Shown here: positions 7,807 to 18,415 of the stretch, one piece after another
Numbering within the stretch: the first letter of the stretch is position 1
Layout: each line of letters starts with the position of its first letter
From: an uncultured Caproiciproducens sp.
Lineage (GTDB): Bacteria > Bacillota > Clostridia > Oscillospirales > Acutalibacteraceae
Length of the DNA: 64,000 nt
Reading direction: 5' to 3'
Assembly (NCBI GenBank): GCA_964517505.1
Contig: CAZFED010000004.1
Location: forward strand, 238,369 to 302,368
Made by a program: the position numbers and the translations under genes
The notes under the pieces: model-generated
What the model was told of the DNA's origin: nothing
Seen by the model: only the letters and a program-made list of their open reading frames with translations
Databases searched by the model: none

Positions 7807-10510
7807 GATTTGCTACCTCCCGTACTTGTAAAGTAAATCCAAAAATGCTTCCCTTTGGATTATTATCTTTTACATATATTTCGCCCCCATGGGCGTTTAC
7901 GATTGATTTACACAAAGAAAGTCCAAGTCCAAGTCCCCGCCGGTTGTCCCCAATACTGTTGTTAGCAGTAAAGAACATATTAAACAATTTCTCCTTTTCC
8001 TCATCAGGAATTCCATTTCCGTTATCCGCAACCTCAATCACGACCATATTTTCCTTACGAAATGCGCTGATAATAATAGCGGAACCTGGGTCAGTATATT
8101 GAACCGCGTTGTCTACCATGTTGATTATAACTTGAATAATCAGTCTAACGTCTACATAAGCCATTAACAGGTCGTCGCAGATATTAACCGAGATCCGGTG
8201 TTCGCTCGCCTTGCGGTTCACATGCCGCAGAGCTTCTGTAATAATTTCTTCGATTAATTCCGGCTGCATTTTGATGCTCATGGTTCCGTTATCAATTCTG
8301 GTAACGGATAACAGATTTTCAACAAGATTAATGAGCCACATGGAATCATCATAAATATCTTCATAAAGCTTATGCCTTGCGGCAGTATCAATCAATTTCT
8401 CATCCTTTAACAATACGCTGGCATTACCGGAAATACTGGTCAACGGGGTGCGGAGATCATGCGAAATAGCACGCAGCAGATTGGCACGCAAGCGCTCTTT
8501 TTCCGATTCCATGGACGCCTGCTTTTGTGCTTCGTTCAAATTGTATTTTTCCACCGCAAAGGCAATTTCCCCCAGCATTGCGGAAAGCAAACTATTTTCA
8601 AAAGGTTCAATCTGCTCCTCATTTTTCATAACAATTCCAATAACGGCAAAGACTGTTTCGTGGCTGCGGATGGGGAGGTAAAAAGCTTTTGCACCGGGAA
8701 GCGTGTCTGTGCCGATTCCAGCCGGTTTTCTGTTCTTAAATACCCACGCTGCAACTGCCTGTTCATCCGCATCAGTACAGATATCTTCCCATTTTGTATC
8801 TTTTTGCGGATAAAAGGTCAATGGTTCCGACAAAGCATCTTCATGCACAAGGTAAAGTGCGAAGGGTTTATCCAGAAGTTTTATCAGCTGCTGTGAGGCT
8901 TCTGAGATGATATCCGACATATTCTTTGTACGCTGAAGTTTTCGGCTTGCCTGTAAAAGCACCTCTGTGCGATGCGCCTGCATGGCTGTCTTTTTCGCCT
9001 GATTTTTCACTCTCATAGTCAGTGTGCTGGTGATCAACGCGGCAACCAGCATCACCAAAAAAGTGATGGGGTAATCTGCGCCATAAGCGTTCAAAGTAAA
9101 CTTAGGCTCAGTGAAAAAAAAGTTGACCAGTAAAACGCCAATGACAGAAGACAGGATACCGTAAAATCGCCCTTTTGTTTGGTTCGAAATCAATAATACA
9201 CCCAGAATATAGATTGTAATGATGCTTGATTCACTTACACCAAGATTATCAAACAAAATTCCGATGATCGTGCAAAGCAGCATGATACCGAACGTTTTTA
9301 CGAAGTCGAGTAAACTCAGCTCAGACAGAGGTAATTTAATATTGATTTCCTGCCGATATGGCGGTAAAGTATCGGGAATAATATATACATCTACATTAGG
9401 CGCAAGCGTGGCAAGGCGCTCAACCAGATTGCTTTTGGGGTGAAAAAGACTGGGTTTATTATTCGAACGGCCTATCACAATTTTTGAAATGCCGCTGACT
9501 TTGGCATATTCGGAAATTTGGTAAGGAATATCTTCTCCATAAACAGTCGCAATTTTGGCTCCAAGCTGTTCGGCTAATTTCAAATTTTGCCGTAGTCTGC
9601 TCCTATTTTCATCGTTTAGTTCCTTGGTGTTGGGAGTTTCTACAAACAGAGCGGTAAAAGTAGCACGAAAGGCATTTGCCATGCGCGCCGCTGTACGGAT
9701 AACCTTAGCATTGGATGGCGAACTGGATAAGCAGATTAAAATATGTTCCCCTCTATAGTACTCACTGCTTTTAGTGGAAAGGCGGTTGTGTTCCGCCACC
9801 CTGTTCACCCGGTCAGCAGTGCGCCGCAAGGCAATTTCCCGCAAAGCCACCAAATTATCACGAATAAAAAAGTTTCCTAAAGCCTTTTGAGCTTGGCTTT
9901 CTTTATAGATTTTCCCTTCACTCAAGCGGTTCATTAGTTCATCCGGCTCAATATCCACCAGCTCAACCTGTTCCGCATTGTCAAATATGCGGTCGGGAAT
10001 TCTTTCCTTAACAACTACATGAGTAATGGATGCCACAATATCATTTAGGCTTTCCAGATGCTGTACGTTCACTGTGGTATAAACGTCGATTCCCGCACGC
10101 AAAAGTTCTTCTACATCGCTGTAGCGTTTGGTGTTGCGGCAGCCAACGGCGTTCGTGTGGGCCAGTTCATCCACAATAATCAGTTGGGGATTTCTGGCTA
10201 GAGCTGCATCCAAATCAAATTCGTTTAAAACAATTCCCTTGTAAGTTACTTTGAGGGGCTGAAGCTTTTCCAGTCCCTCAAGCAGCGCCACAGTATCCGG
10301 GCGGGTATGCGGTTCCACATAACCCACCACAACATCGGTTCCCAGTTTCAATGCGGTTTGCGCGGCGTCGAGCATGGCATAAGTTTTACCCACACCCGCG
10401 GCATAGCCGAAAAATACTTTCAGTTTACCTTTTTCACTTTTTTTCTCAGATTTATTGATTTTGACCAAAAGCTCATCAGGATCTGGCCGATTTTCGCTCA
10501 TGCCATTCAC
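7799..10510 (-). CDS. kdpD: KdpD osmosensitive K+-channel sensor histidine kinase (KdpD N-domain, Usp domain, 4 TM, HisKA/HATPase)
   Basis: 903 aa. N-terminal P-loop-like 'GYAAGVGKTYAML' characteristic of KdpD. H-box 'ISHDLRTPLTSI' and G-boxes in the C-terminal region. Adjacent to kdpFABC. Confidence 0.85.
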   Translation of the reverse strand: MNGMSENRPDPDELLVKINKSEKKSEKGKLKVFFGYAAGVGKTYAMLDAAQTALKLGTDVVVGYVEPHTRPDTVALLEGLEKLQPLKVTYKGIVLNEFDLDAALARNPQLIIVDELAHTNAVGCRNTKRYSDVEELLRAGIDVYTTVNVQHLESLNDIVASITHVVVKERIPDRIFDNAEQVELVDIEPDELMNRLSEGKIYKESQAQKALGNFFIRDNLVALREIALRRTADRVNRVAEHNRLSTKSSEYYRGEHILICLSSSPSNAKVIRTAARMANAFRATFTALFVETPNTKELNDENRSRLRQNLKLAEQLGAKIATVYGEDIPYQISEYAKVSGISKIVIGRSNNKPSLFHPKSNLVERLATLAPNVDVYIIPDTLPPYRQEINIKLPLSELSLLDFVKTFGIMLLCTIIGILFDNLGVSESSIITIYILGVLLISNQTKGRFYGILSSVIGVLLVNFFFTEPKFTLNAYGADYPITFLVMLVAALITSTLTMRVKNQAKKTAMQAHRTEVLLQASRKLQRTKNMSDIISEASQQLIKLLDKPFALYLVHEDALSEPLTFYPQKDTKWEDICTDADEQAVAAWVFKNRKPAGIGTDTLPGAKAFYLPIRSHETVFAVIGIVMKNEEQIEPFENSLLSAMLGEIAFAVEKYNLNEAQKQASMESEKERLRANLLRAISHDLRTPLTSISGNASVLLKDEKLIDTAARHKLYEDIYDDSMWLINLVENLLSVTRIDNGTMSIKMQPELIEEIITEALRHVNRKASEHRISVNICDDLLMAYVDVRLIIQVIINMVDNAVQYTDPGSAIIISAFRKENMVVIEVADNGNGIPDEEKEKLFNMFFTANNSIGDNRRGLGLGLSLCKSIVNAHGGEIYVKDNNPKGSIFGFTLQVREVANHE

Positions 10511-10515
10511 CTCAT

Positions 10516-11130
10516 TTATTTCAAGGTTCCATCAAGTGCAAGGTTCACTTCCAGCACATTCACGGTTTCTTCTCCGAAAACACCCAACAACTTCTTATTG
10601 GTATAGTGTAGCATAATTTCATTCACTTTGTCAGCAGAAATGCCACGTGATTTTGCAATTCGCTCGATTTGATATTGCGCGGCGGCGGGCGAAATGTGAG
10701 GGTCCAGCCCACTGCCGGAACAGGTTACCAAATCCACAGGAATAGGAGTATTTCCCTTATCGGGATTTGCGGCCTTAATTTTTTCCACACGCTGTGCAAT
10801 CAGCGATTCATATTCCTTGCTTGCGGGGCTTAAATTGGAAGGAGCGGCGTACATAAGCGTATTACCGTTTTTATCCTTAAAAGTGCTTACATCTACTTTC
10901 ATAACACGTCCCCACATGTATTGGTTGCCGGTGAACTGCTGAGCTAACAGTTCACTGCCGTATTTCTTTCCGTTCACCTCAATAATACTGCCGTTTGCCT
11001 GCTTTGGGAAACAAAGCTGTGAGATTCCCGTAACAGCCAACGGATAGATTACACCGCAAATGAGTGTTAAAATCAAAAGAAAAATCAGCGCTTTTGGCGC
11101 AAGTGATTTAATGGATTTCATCATAGTCAT
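10516..11130 (-). CDS. kdpC: K+-transporting ATPase subunit C
   Basis: 204 aa with a single N-terminal TM. Conserved KdpC C-terminal region. Position after kdpB. Confidence 0.85.
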   Translation of the reverse strand: MTMMKSIKSLAPKALIFLLILTLICGVIYPLAVTGISQLCFPKQANGSIIEVNGKKYGSELLAQQFTGNQYMWGRVMKVDVSTFKDKNGNTLMYAAPSNLSPASKEYESLIAQRVEKIKAANPDKGNTPIPVDLVTCSGSGLDPHISPAAAQYQIERIAKSRGISADKVNEIMLHYTNKKLLGVFGEETVNVLEVNLALDGTLK

Positions 11131-11144
11131 TAACCCCTTCCGGC

Positions 11145-13214
11145 TTATACAAGCCCAATTGCAACAATCAGCATGTCAATCAGTTTAACTGCGATAAACG
11201 GTGCGGTAATGCCGCCAAGTCCGTAAACCAGCAAGTTGCGGGAAAGCAGTTTGCTTGCTGTTACTTCCCGATATTTTACACCCTTTAATGCAAGGGGAAT
11301 CAGAGCCACAATAATGAGAGCATTGTAGATGATTGCCGAAAAAATCGCGCTTTCCGCGCTGTGAAGCCCCATGATATTGAGGGCTGCCAACCCCGGATAC
11401 ATGCCCATAAACAGTGCGGGAATAATGGCAAAATATTTAGCGAGGTCATTTGCTATGCTGAATGTTGTAAGTGAGCCTCTGGTCATCAGCAATTGTTTGC
11501 CGATTCGCACAATGTCAATCAGCTTGGTGGGAGAGGAATCCAGGTCAACCATGTTTCCTGCTTCCTTTGCGGCCTGTGTGCCGGTATTCATGGCAACCGC
11601 TACATCCGCCTGAGCGAGTGCGGGAGCGTCGTTTGTCCCGTCTCCCGTCATGGCAACCAGATGCCCCTGCTGCTGAAAATCACGAATCATTTGCAGCTTG
11701 CCCTCTGGGGTAGCTTCCGCTAAAAAGTCATCCACTCCCGCCTCAGCGGCAATAGCGGCTGCGGTCAGCGGGTTGTCACCCGTGATCATAATCGTTTTAA
11801 TACCCATTTTACGTAGGTCGGCAAACTTTTCTTTTACGCCCTGCTTGATAATATCTTTTAAATGGATCACGCCCAGAACTTTGCCGTTTTTAGCGACGAC
11901 GAGAGGTGTGCCACCCATATTTGATATACGTTTGACCGCTTCCTCACATTCTTCGCTATAGGTGCCCCCTTTTTCAATTACATAGTTTTTAACTGCATCC
12001 GCAGCCCCTTTACGGATTTCATTCCCTGAAAAGTCCACACCGCTCATTCTTGTTTTTGCGGTAAATGGGATAAACTGCGCATTTAGATCGCTCATATTTC
12101 TACCGCGAATTCCAAACTGTTCTTTTGCAAGAACAACCACGCTTCTGCCTTCCGGAGTTTCATCGGCAAGGGAGGAAAGCTGCGCGGCATCGGCCAGTTC
12201 TTTTCTATCCACACCGTCCACGGGTACAAACTCGCAGGCCTGTCGGTTACCCAGTGTGATGGTTCCTGTTTTATCCAACATCAGAATATCCACATCACCC
12301 GCCGCTTCAATCGCTCTTCCACTCATTGCCAGTACGTTAGCCTGATTCAAGCGGCTCATACCTGCAATGCCGATAGACGAGAGCAGTGCGCCGATTGTGG
12401 TTGGCGCAAGGCAAACGAGCAACGCAACCAGAGCAGTAACCGAAGTATCGTTTGCTTTTCCTGCCTGGCCGGCGGAGAAAGCAGAATAGGGATACAGTGC
12501 AAGGGTAACAAGTAAAAAGATAATGGTAAGTGCAACCAGAAGAATCTGCAAAGCGATTTCATTTGGTGTTTTTTTACGGGATGCTCCTTCCACCATTGCA
12601 ATCATCTTATCCAAAAAACTTTCTCCCGCCTCGCTGGTAACCTGTATGATAAGCCAGTCGGAAATGACGGTGGTCCCCCCCGTTACCGCGCTGCGGTCGC
12701 CGCCGCTTTCCCTGATAACAGGCGCAGATTCACCCGTAATGGCACTTTCATCCACCGACGCCGCACCGTCCACAACTTCACCGTCAGCGGGAATTTGTTC
12801 TCCCACATAAACGATGACAAGATCACCTTTTTTAAGCTGAGCGGAAGAAATTTTAGTTACCTTTTCGCGCTCCGACAAAGATGGAATCTTACTTGCCTCC
12901 ACATCTTTTTTTGCGGCGCGCAGCGAATCTGCCTGTGCCTTGCCGCGTCCTTCCGCAATCGCTTCGGCAAAGTTTGCAAACAGTACAGTAAACCATAGAA
13001 TAATGGCAATACCGAGAATAAAGGCGGGCTTTGCGTCACGAATGCCAAACAAAGACAAAATGTAAAGCCCTGTTGTTAATATGGATGCGATATATACGAT
13101 AAACATGACAGGATTTTGAAGCTGAATTTTTGGGTTCAGTTTGATAAATGAATCTTTTATGGCGCGCAGCAGCATCTTTTTATCTGCGAATCCACTTTTT
13201 TTATTAGCAGACAT
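11145..13214 (-). CDS. kdpB: K+-transporting P-type ATPase subunit B
   Basis: P-type ATPase motifs 'DKTGTIT' (phosphorylation site) and '[11 protein letters not shown]'. 689 aa. Confidence 0.9.
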   Translation of the reverse strand: MSANKKSGFADKKMLLRAIKDSFIKLNPKIQLQNPVMFIVYIASILTTGLYILSLFGIRDAKPAFILGIAIILWFTVLFANFAEAIAEGRGKAQADSLRAAKKDVEASKIPSLSEREKVTKISSAQLKKGDLVIVYVGEQIPADGEVVDGAASVDESAITGESAPVIRESGGDRSAVTGGTTVISDWLIIQVTSEAGESFLDKMIAMVEGASRKKTPNEIALQILLVALTIIFLLVTLALYPYSAFSAGQAGKANDTSVTALVALLVCLAPTTIGALLSSIGIAGMSRLNQANVLAMSGRAIEAAGDVDILMLDKTGTITLGNRQACEFVPVDGVDRKELADAAQLSSLADETPEGRSVVVLAKEQFGIRGRNMSDLNAQFIPFTAKTRMSGVDFSGNEIRKGAADAVKNYVIEKGGTYSEECEEAVKRISNMGGTPLVVAKNGKVLGVIHLKDIIKQGVKEKFADLRKMGIKTIMITGDNPLTAAAIAAEAGVDDFLAEATPEGKLQMIRDFQQQGHLVAMTGDGTNDAPALAQADVAVAMNTGTQAAKEAGNMVDLDSSPTKLIDIVRIGKQLLMTRGSLTTFSIANDLAKYFAIIPALFMGMYPGLAALNIMGLHSAESAIFSAIIYNALIIVALIPLALKGVKYREVTASKLLSRNLLVYGLGGITAPFIAVKLIDMLIVAIGLV

Positions 13215-13226
13215 TGTAATTTCCTC

Positions 13227-14966
13227 CTACCCTAACATCTGAAAGTATTCTGCAATCGGCCCAAGAGCCAGCGCAGGGAAAAAGCTGAGCGCACCAATCA
13301 GCAGCACTACAAAAATCAGCAGACCAATAAACATGGCATTGTGAGTGGGCAGAGTGCCCGCACTGACGACAACCTTTTTCTTCTGTACCATGGAACCTGC
13401 AATTGCCAGTGCTGCCATCATCGGTACAAAACGTGCAAAGAGCATAGCCAGCCCAATGGATACATTTAAAAATACCGTATTGGCGTTAAAACCTGCAAAA
13501 GCGGAACCGTTATTTCCGCCTGCCGACGTATAGGTGTATAGGACTTCCGAAAAGCCATGCACACCTGTATTATTAAGACTTTGCGTAACCTGCGGCAGTG
13601 CAGTTGCAATGCCGCTGCCGATTAAAATGACAACAGGAGTTGCAAGGCAGACCAATACTGCCATTTTCATTTCAAAAGGCTCGATTTTTTTGCCTAGGTA
13701 TTCCGGTGTTCGACCAACCATCAACCCTGCGATAAATACTGCCAGAATGGCGAAACCAATCATACCGTATAAACCGCATCCGACACCGCCGAACACAACC
13801 TCTCCAAGCTGCATTAAAATCATGGGTACCATACCGCCGATTGGTGTGTAGCTGTCGTGCATGGAGTTAACCGAGCCATTTGAGGCCGCTGTTGTGAATG
13901 CAGCCCAAGTACTTGAGGATGCAATACCGAAACGGGATTCCTTCCCCTCCATGTTGCCTCCCGCCTGTGCAATGGCTGATAGATTAACTGCACCGTTCTG
14001 CGCCAGCTGGGGTGTAGCGGAGGATTCACTTACAGCAATGACTGCAAGCGCTGAACCCAGCATAATAAACATTGCAAGGAAAATCGCAACGCCCTGCCGC
14101 TTATCCTTTACATTTCGCCCGAAAGTAAAGCAAAGCGCCATCGGAATCAGCAAAATAGAGAGCATCTCAATCATGTTGGATAACGGCGTTGGATTTTCGA
14201 GTGGGTGGGCTGAATTCGTACCCATATAGCCCCCGCCGTTTGTGCCAAGTTGCTTGATGGCAATTTGGCTCGCAGCAGGGCCCTGCGGAACAACTTGCTC
14301 CGTTACCACCGTACCATCCTGCAATGTAATTGGCTGCACGAGGGAGACTGTTTGGTAAGAGGAAAAATTCTGTATTACGCCTTGTGAAACCAAAACGATT
14401 GAAACAACCAAAGAAAGCGGAATTAAAATGTACAGTGTAATTCTGGTTACGTCCGTCCAAAAGCTGCCAAGACCTGTTTCTTTAACTTTGATAAATCCAC
14501 GAATCAAAGCGAACAGGACTGCAATTCCCACGGCGGCGGAGACAAAGTTCTGCACCGTCAAGCCAAGCATCTGCGTTAGGTAGCTCAGGGTGCTTTCACC
14601 GGAATACGACTGCCAGTTGGTGTTAGTCACAAAGCTGGCGGTTGTATTAAAGGCAAGGTGCCAGGATATCCCTGGCATCGATTCAGGGTTCAGCGGCAGA
14701 AAGCCTTGCAGCAGATTCAGCAAAAACAGTATGATAAAACTGAAAACGCTGAACAGTATCGCACAGATTCCGTATTTTTTCCATGTCATCTGCTCATTTT
14801 TATCTACTTTTAAAACTCGATAAGTCATATTTTCCACAGGCAGAATCACTTTGGACAAAAACACTTTTTCTCCATTCATAATTTTGCCGATGTACGTGCC
14901 AAGCGGAATGGCAAGCAGCACCAAAACAGTAAGGTATAAAATATACTGCAATACCGCACTACTCAT
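13227..14966 (-). CDS. kdpA: K+-transporting ATPase subunit A
   Basis: 579-aa polytopic membrane protein. Contains the KdpA selectivity-filter-like 'GTNGGG' segments. First large gene of the operon. Confidence 0.9.
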   Translation of the reverse strand: MSSAVLQYILYLTVLVLLAIPLGTYIGKIMNGEKVFLSKVILPVENMTYRVLKVDKNEQMTWKKYGICAILFSVFSFIILFLLNLLQGFLPLNPESMPGISWHLAFNTTASFVTNTNWQSYSGESTLSYLTQMLGLTVQNFVSAAVGIAVLFALIRGFIKVKETGLGSFWTDVTRITLYILIPLSLVVSIVLVSQGVIQNFSSYQTVSLVQPITLQDGTVVTEQVVPQGPAASQIAIKQLGTNGGGYMGTNSAHPLENPTPLSNMIEMLSILLIPMALCFTFGRNVKDKRQGVAIFLAMFIMLGSALAVIAVSESSATPQLAQNGAVNLSAIAQAGGNMEGKESRFGIASSSTWAAFTTAASNGSVNSMHDSYTPIGGMVPMILMQLGEVVFGGVGCGLYGMIGFAILAVFIAGLMVGRTPEYLGKKIEPFEMKMAVLVCLATPVVILIGSGIATALPQVTQSLNNTGVHGFSEVLYTYTSAGGNNGSAFAGFNANTVFLNVSIGLAMLFARFVPMMAALAIAGSMVQKKKVVVSAGTLPTHNAMFIGLLIFVVLLIGALSFFPALALGPIAEYFQMLG

Positions 14967-15052
14967 TTTTCTTCCCTCCTAAATAAAATAACGCCTAAAT
15001 AGCCAAGGAGCATAACGGCTATCAGTCCGATTATACCTATTACAATTTGCAT
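14963..15052 (-). CDS. kdpF: KdpF, 29-aa single-TM subunit of the Kdp complex (absent from the supplied ORF track)
   Basis: Hand-translated from the minus strand: MQIVIGIIGLIAVMLLGYLGVILFRREEK*. Its TGA stop overlaps the kdpA ATG (ATGA overlap). Confidence 0.65.
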   Translation of the reverse strand: MQIVIGIIGLIAVMLLGYLGVILFRREEK

Positions 15053-15222
15053 ATCTATCATCCTTTCATTTGCACAACCACGAGTTTAGCACAATAAGAA
15101 TAAGAATGGTGTTAAAGAATGGCCGGACACGTTAAGATTATATTAAGATATGATGAAACAACACATAAATACCTCAATTGCGATGGTTATAGAGGAAAAC
15201 TTATGGAAACTTATATAAACAT

Positions 15223-15257
15223 AAAAAAACAGACATACTAGCGTATGCCTGTCCTGT
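15223..15257 (-). terminator. Rho-independent terminator downstream of the tRNA-Lys fragment and SGNH gene
   Basis: Hairpin CAGACATAC-GCTA-GTATGCCTG flanked by an A-run (plus strand) and a T-run. Bidirectional in appearance. Confidence 0.45.
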
Positions 15258-15261
15258 TTTG

Positions 15262-15311
15262 GTGAACTATTGAGGATTCGAACTCCGGGTACCTTGATTA
15301 AAAGTCAAGAT
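15262..15311 (-). repeat. Degenerate 3' half of a tRNA-Lys gene (anticodon arm to CCA end), 50 nt; a putative attR-type scar
   Basis: 44 of 50 nt identical to positions 33331-33380 of the intact tRNA-Lys, in the same orientation. The anticodon stem-loop 'CTTGACTTTTAATCAAG' is preserved. The T-arm substitutions are non-compensatory, so the copy cannot fold as a tRNA. Confidence 0.7.
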
Positions 15312-15344
15312 TATTTGGGTGGCCCAATCTGCAAAATTGTTATT

Positions 15345-15929
15345 TCAGAGTTTTTCTTCAATCAGTTTTGCTGCCTGTTCGGCACAAATTTTATATCCTT
15401 CTTCTGTCAAGTGGAGCATATCTTCACATTTGTAGTAGTTTTTGCCTTTAAGCATTTGTGCATATAAATCATCAACTGTTATGTTTTGTTCAGCCATCAG
15501 TTTTTTTGCAGCATCATTATATTTAACGACCCAATCGTTATTATAACTGATTTCCATACCGGTACCGGTATTGTCCATGGCACATCCGCTTTTTAAAATC
15601 GGAGTAGTAGTGGCAAATATGATTTCTGCACCATTGCGGCGAATTTCCGAAATAATTCTTTTAAGAAAATGTACATATTCATCAACAGGATGCATTGCAT
15701 CCGTCATAGGAGCTTCCACATTCATATCCCAGTAACCGTTATTCCAGTGAACAACATCGAATTTTCCGTAATTTTTAAAAAATTGATTTGCCTGCCAAAG
15801 CGTATAGGCAGCAAAGCGCCCATTATCATTCTCATCATAATAAATCGTGCATTTATCTTTTAAAAGTTCCCTAACATAATGGTCATAGCCCATACGAATG
15901 GAGTCACCCAGTAAAAGCACTTTTTTCAT
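15345..15929 (-). CDS. SGNH/GDSL-family hydrolase (esterase/deacetylase; possible sugar O-acetylesterase)
   Basis: Block I 'LLLGDSI' with the catalytic Ser. Block II 'HWNNG', block III 'ATTTP' and block V 'DMLHLTE' with the catalytic Asp/His. Confidence 0.7.
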   Translation of the reverse strand: MKKVLLLGDSIRMGYDHYVRELLKDKCTIYYDENDNGRFAAYTLWQANQFFKNYGKFDVVHWNNGYWDMNVEAPMTDAMHPVDEYVHFLKRIISEIRRNGAEIIFATTTPILKSGCAMDNTGTGMEISYNNDWVVKYNDAAKKLMAEQNITVDDLYAQMLKGKNYYKCEDMLHLTEEGYKICAEQAAKLIEEKL

Positions 15930-16144
15930 TTTACATCACCCTTTTATTGTCTGTACTATGGGGTTAAAGCCCTCGGCTTCAGCCGAAACCGTCATCGGCT
16001 AGGCCGTTGGGAATATTGGTGTTTTGCGGCTTAGTATTGACATGGTTGAAAAAATTCTCACTCATGCAGTAATGATAGCTTTGATCATGTTCCGGTGAAA
16101 GACCGACCTATTCATCCAAATTTATGCTGTGTACTTTGGAAAAA

Positions 16145-16843
16145 TCAATGAGCTGCTTGAATATAATCCACAAAGCGTTTGGTAATCTCTCTTGGCCTTG
16201 TGATTGCTGTACCGATAACCGCTGTCCACACGCCTAAATCAAGTGCGGCTTTCAGCTGCTCCGGTGTCCATATTCCGCCCTCAGCGACGATGGGCAGGCC
16301 AAGTGTATCCACATATTTTTTTATAAGCTCATAATTTGGAAGTTTGGTTCCTTTTGTGTATTCTGTATAACCGGACATAGTTGTCCCCACTAAATCAAAG
16401 CCAAGCTCCTTTGCTTTTAAACCTTCTTCATAGCAGGAGGTGTCTGCCATGAGCAGCTGCTGCGGATATTTTTGCTTGATTGCGACAAAAATATCATCCA
16501 GTGTCTGCTGATTTGGTCGGATACGCTTTGTCGCATCCAGTGCAATAATGTCTACTCCTACTTCTTGTAAGGCATCAATTTCTTTCATGGTAGGAGTTAT
16601 GTACACATTACTGTCGGGATAGTCGACCTTATACAAACCTATAATTGGCAAATCAACTGTTCTTTTAATTTCGGAAATATCACTGGGGGAGTTTGCACGA
16701 ATGGCAACCGCTCCTCCCTCTTTGGCAGCAAATGCCATTCTTCCCATGATTTTAGAGCTGTATAACGGTTCGGTGTCCTGTGCCTGACATGATACAATCA
16801 AGCCGCCTTTTATTCGATTCAGCACTTCATTTTTATTCATCAC
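16145..16843 (-). CDS. nanE: N-acetylmannosamine-6-phosphate 2-epimerase
   Basis: 232-aa TIM-barrel protein. 'GGLIVSCQA' N-terminal motif and overall NanE-family pattern. Confidence 0.8.
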   Translation of the reverse strand: MMNKNEVLNRIKGGLIVSCQAQDTEPLYSSKIMGRMAFAAKEGGAVAIRANSPSDISEIKRTVDLPIIGLYKVDYPDSNVYITPTMKEIDALQEVGVDIIALDATKRIRPNQQTLDDIFVAIKQKYPQQLLMADTSCYEEGLKAKELGFDLVGTTMSGYTEYTKGTKLPNYELIKKYVDTLGLPIVAEGGIWTPEQLKAALDLGVWTAVIGTAITRPREITKRFVDYIQAAH

Positions 16844-16858
16844 ATATCTCCCTCTTCA

Positions 16859-18415
16859 CTATATAATAAATTCTATATCTTCTAATTTGATATAGAAATT
16901 GATATAAAATACGCCATTCCAATTGAAATACAGATTGTCAATTGCGATATTAGCGCCTTTATATTTTCCATGAAACTTTTCGCAAATCAATTGATTCAAA
17001 TGATTTACAAAATAATCTTTCACTGCATCATAATGGTCGTCCAACACAAAGGGATCAATTTTGTCTTTTGTTTCTTTTAAAAATGTACGAAGTACATTCG
17101 CCTGAAACAGCCAGTCGCAAACAATGCTCCTCAACTTAAATTCTTCAGAAAGCTTAAATTTCTCATAATTGTCGCAAAAGCGATTATAGTAGCTGGCAAT
17201 GACTGTTTGAGCCAGAACCACACCGATGGTGTTTTGTGAGGTATTCCATCCGCCGACAGCCTGCACTTTATCAAAGATTCCGGCAATCGCAGCATAATCC
17301 ATAAACTCATTTTCACAGCCATTGCACACCGAAACTTCTGCAATACCGACTGCTTTTTTATAATTGCTCACATAATAGTCAATGTACCGCAAAAACTCAT
17401 GCATATTGATATGGCTGGTAAAGGTTAAATCTTTGGCATCCTGATCCATTGACTCAATCATATATTTTCCCGGAGAATTCACCGCTAACATACAATCCGA
17501 CCGGTCGGAGTTATCCTCAACAATTCCGCCGAGCGAAGTGATTTGTGACTTAATGCTTTCGTGAAGCGGCCTATCTTCATAACATGGCACAATTGTTGGC
17601 CCAAGTACAGATGAGTAGCGAACATAAACACGAGGTGTGTAGCCTTTTATTAAATTAAAAACTCTGGTAAAAATCACACTGCCCACTTCGTCGGCGCCAG
17701 GATAAACCAAGACCTTATCCATCAGCCTTTCTTCGCGCACTTTTTTTGCAATTGCGGTCTGATCCATTGCGGCATAACCATATTCAGCCGTATCATCTTT
17801 CGGAATAGTCAGAATTTCGAATATACCCTCTTTGACAAGATCAATACAATAAAGATTGGTAAAGCGATCCACTTTTCTGCGATTCAGAAAATCGGTCAAA
17901 TATTCTTGAGGAATCGCGTTGGCTAACTCGATTAATTCATTCTTTTCTTCTTCACTGGCGTGTTCGCGGGCAATTTTATCGGTTAAATAGGTATAGTGCC
18001 AAATATTTCTGCCATGTTTCCCCCAATAGTCCGGATCTTCATGAGCATCATCATAAGCTGCAACCCTCGCTACCAAATTAAACGCATGTATTTTTATGTT
18101 TGGGTTGATTTTTTTTAGCTTTCTAAAATTATCAAGCGTTTTTTCGCACTCCTCGCAGGTACGGTAATGTGTTCTGGAATTAATAATATTGCCATACACC
18201 AATGTATCTACGGAGAGGATTGCATACTCACAGTCAGGAGCATTTTCAAATATCCATTGCCAAATTTGATCATAATTTGCCGGAGTTTTCAGCATGCCCA
18301 TGTTTTCATAAGCCGGAACCAATAACTCAATATCATCTGTCATTTGTGCAAGTTTTTGAGGAAAATAATAGTTACATGCTCTTTCATCAAGCGGAACATA
18401 AATCACTTTTGTCAT
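16859..18415 (-). CDS. DUF4127-family protein (frequently encoded with nanE in ManNAc/sialic-type loci); function unknown
   Basis: 518 aa, cytoplasmic. Family assignment is from memory of the typical nanE-DUF4127 pairing and its N-terminal pattern. Not verified. Confidence 0.4.
   Translation of the reverse strand: MTKVIYVPLDERACNYYFPQKLAQMTDDIELLVPAYENMGMLKTPANYDQIWQWIFENAPDCEYAILSVDTLVYGNIINSRTHYRTCEECEKTLDNFRKLKKINPNIKIHAFNLVARVAAYDDAHEDPDYWGKHGRNIWHYTYLTDKIAREHASEEEKNELIELANAIPQEYLTDFLNRRKVDRFTNLYCIDLVKEGIFEILTIPKDDTAEYGYAAMDQTAIAKKVREERLMDKVLVYPGADEVGSVIFTRVFNLIKGYTPRVYVRYSSVLGPTIVPCYEDRPLHESIKSQITSLGGIVEDNSDRSDCMLAVNSPGKYMIESMDQDAKDLTFTSHINMHEFLRYIDYYVSNYKKAVGIAEVSVCNGCENEFMDYAAIAGIFDKVQAVGGWNTSQNTIGVVLAQTVIASYYNRFCDNYEKFKLSEEFKLRSIVCDWLFQANVLRTFLKETKDKIDPFVLDDHYDAVKDYFVNHLNQLICEKFHGKYKGANIAIDNLYFNWNGVFYINFYIKLEDIEFII

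Noticed and set aside
11371-11961. Several 76-87-aa plus-strand ORFs inside kdpB, and similar antisense ORFs inside kdpA, kdpD, clpE, ecfA and ruvB
   Set aside because: They lie entirely antisense to long, motif-rich genes. They have no RBS and low-complexity Pro/Arg/Ser-rich translations typical of reverse frames.
15053-15222. Looked for a c-di-AMP (ydaO-type) riboswitch leader upstream of kdpFABC
   Set aside because: The leader is short and AT-rich and shows none of the conserved G/C-rich pseudoknot segments. The presence of kdpDE fits two-component regulation instead.
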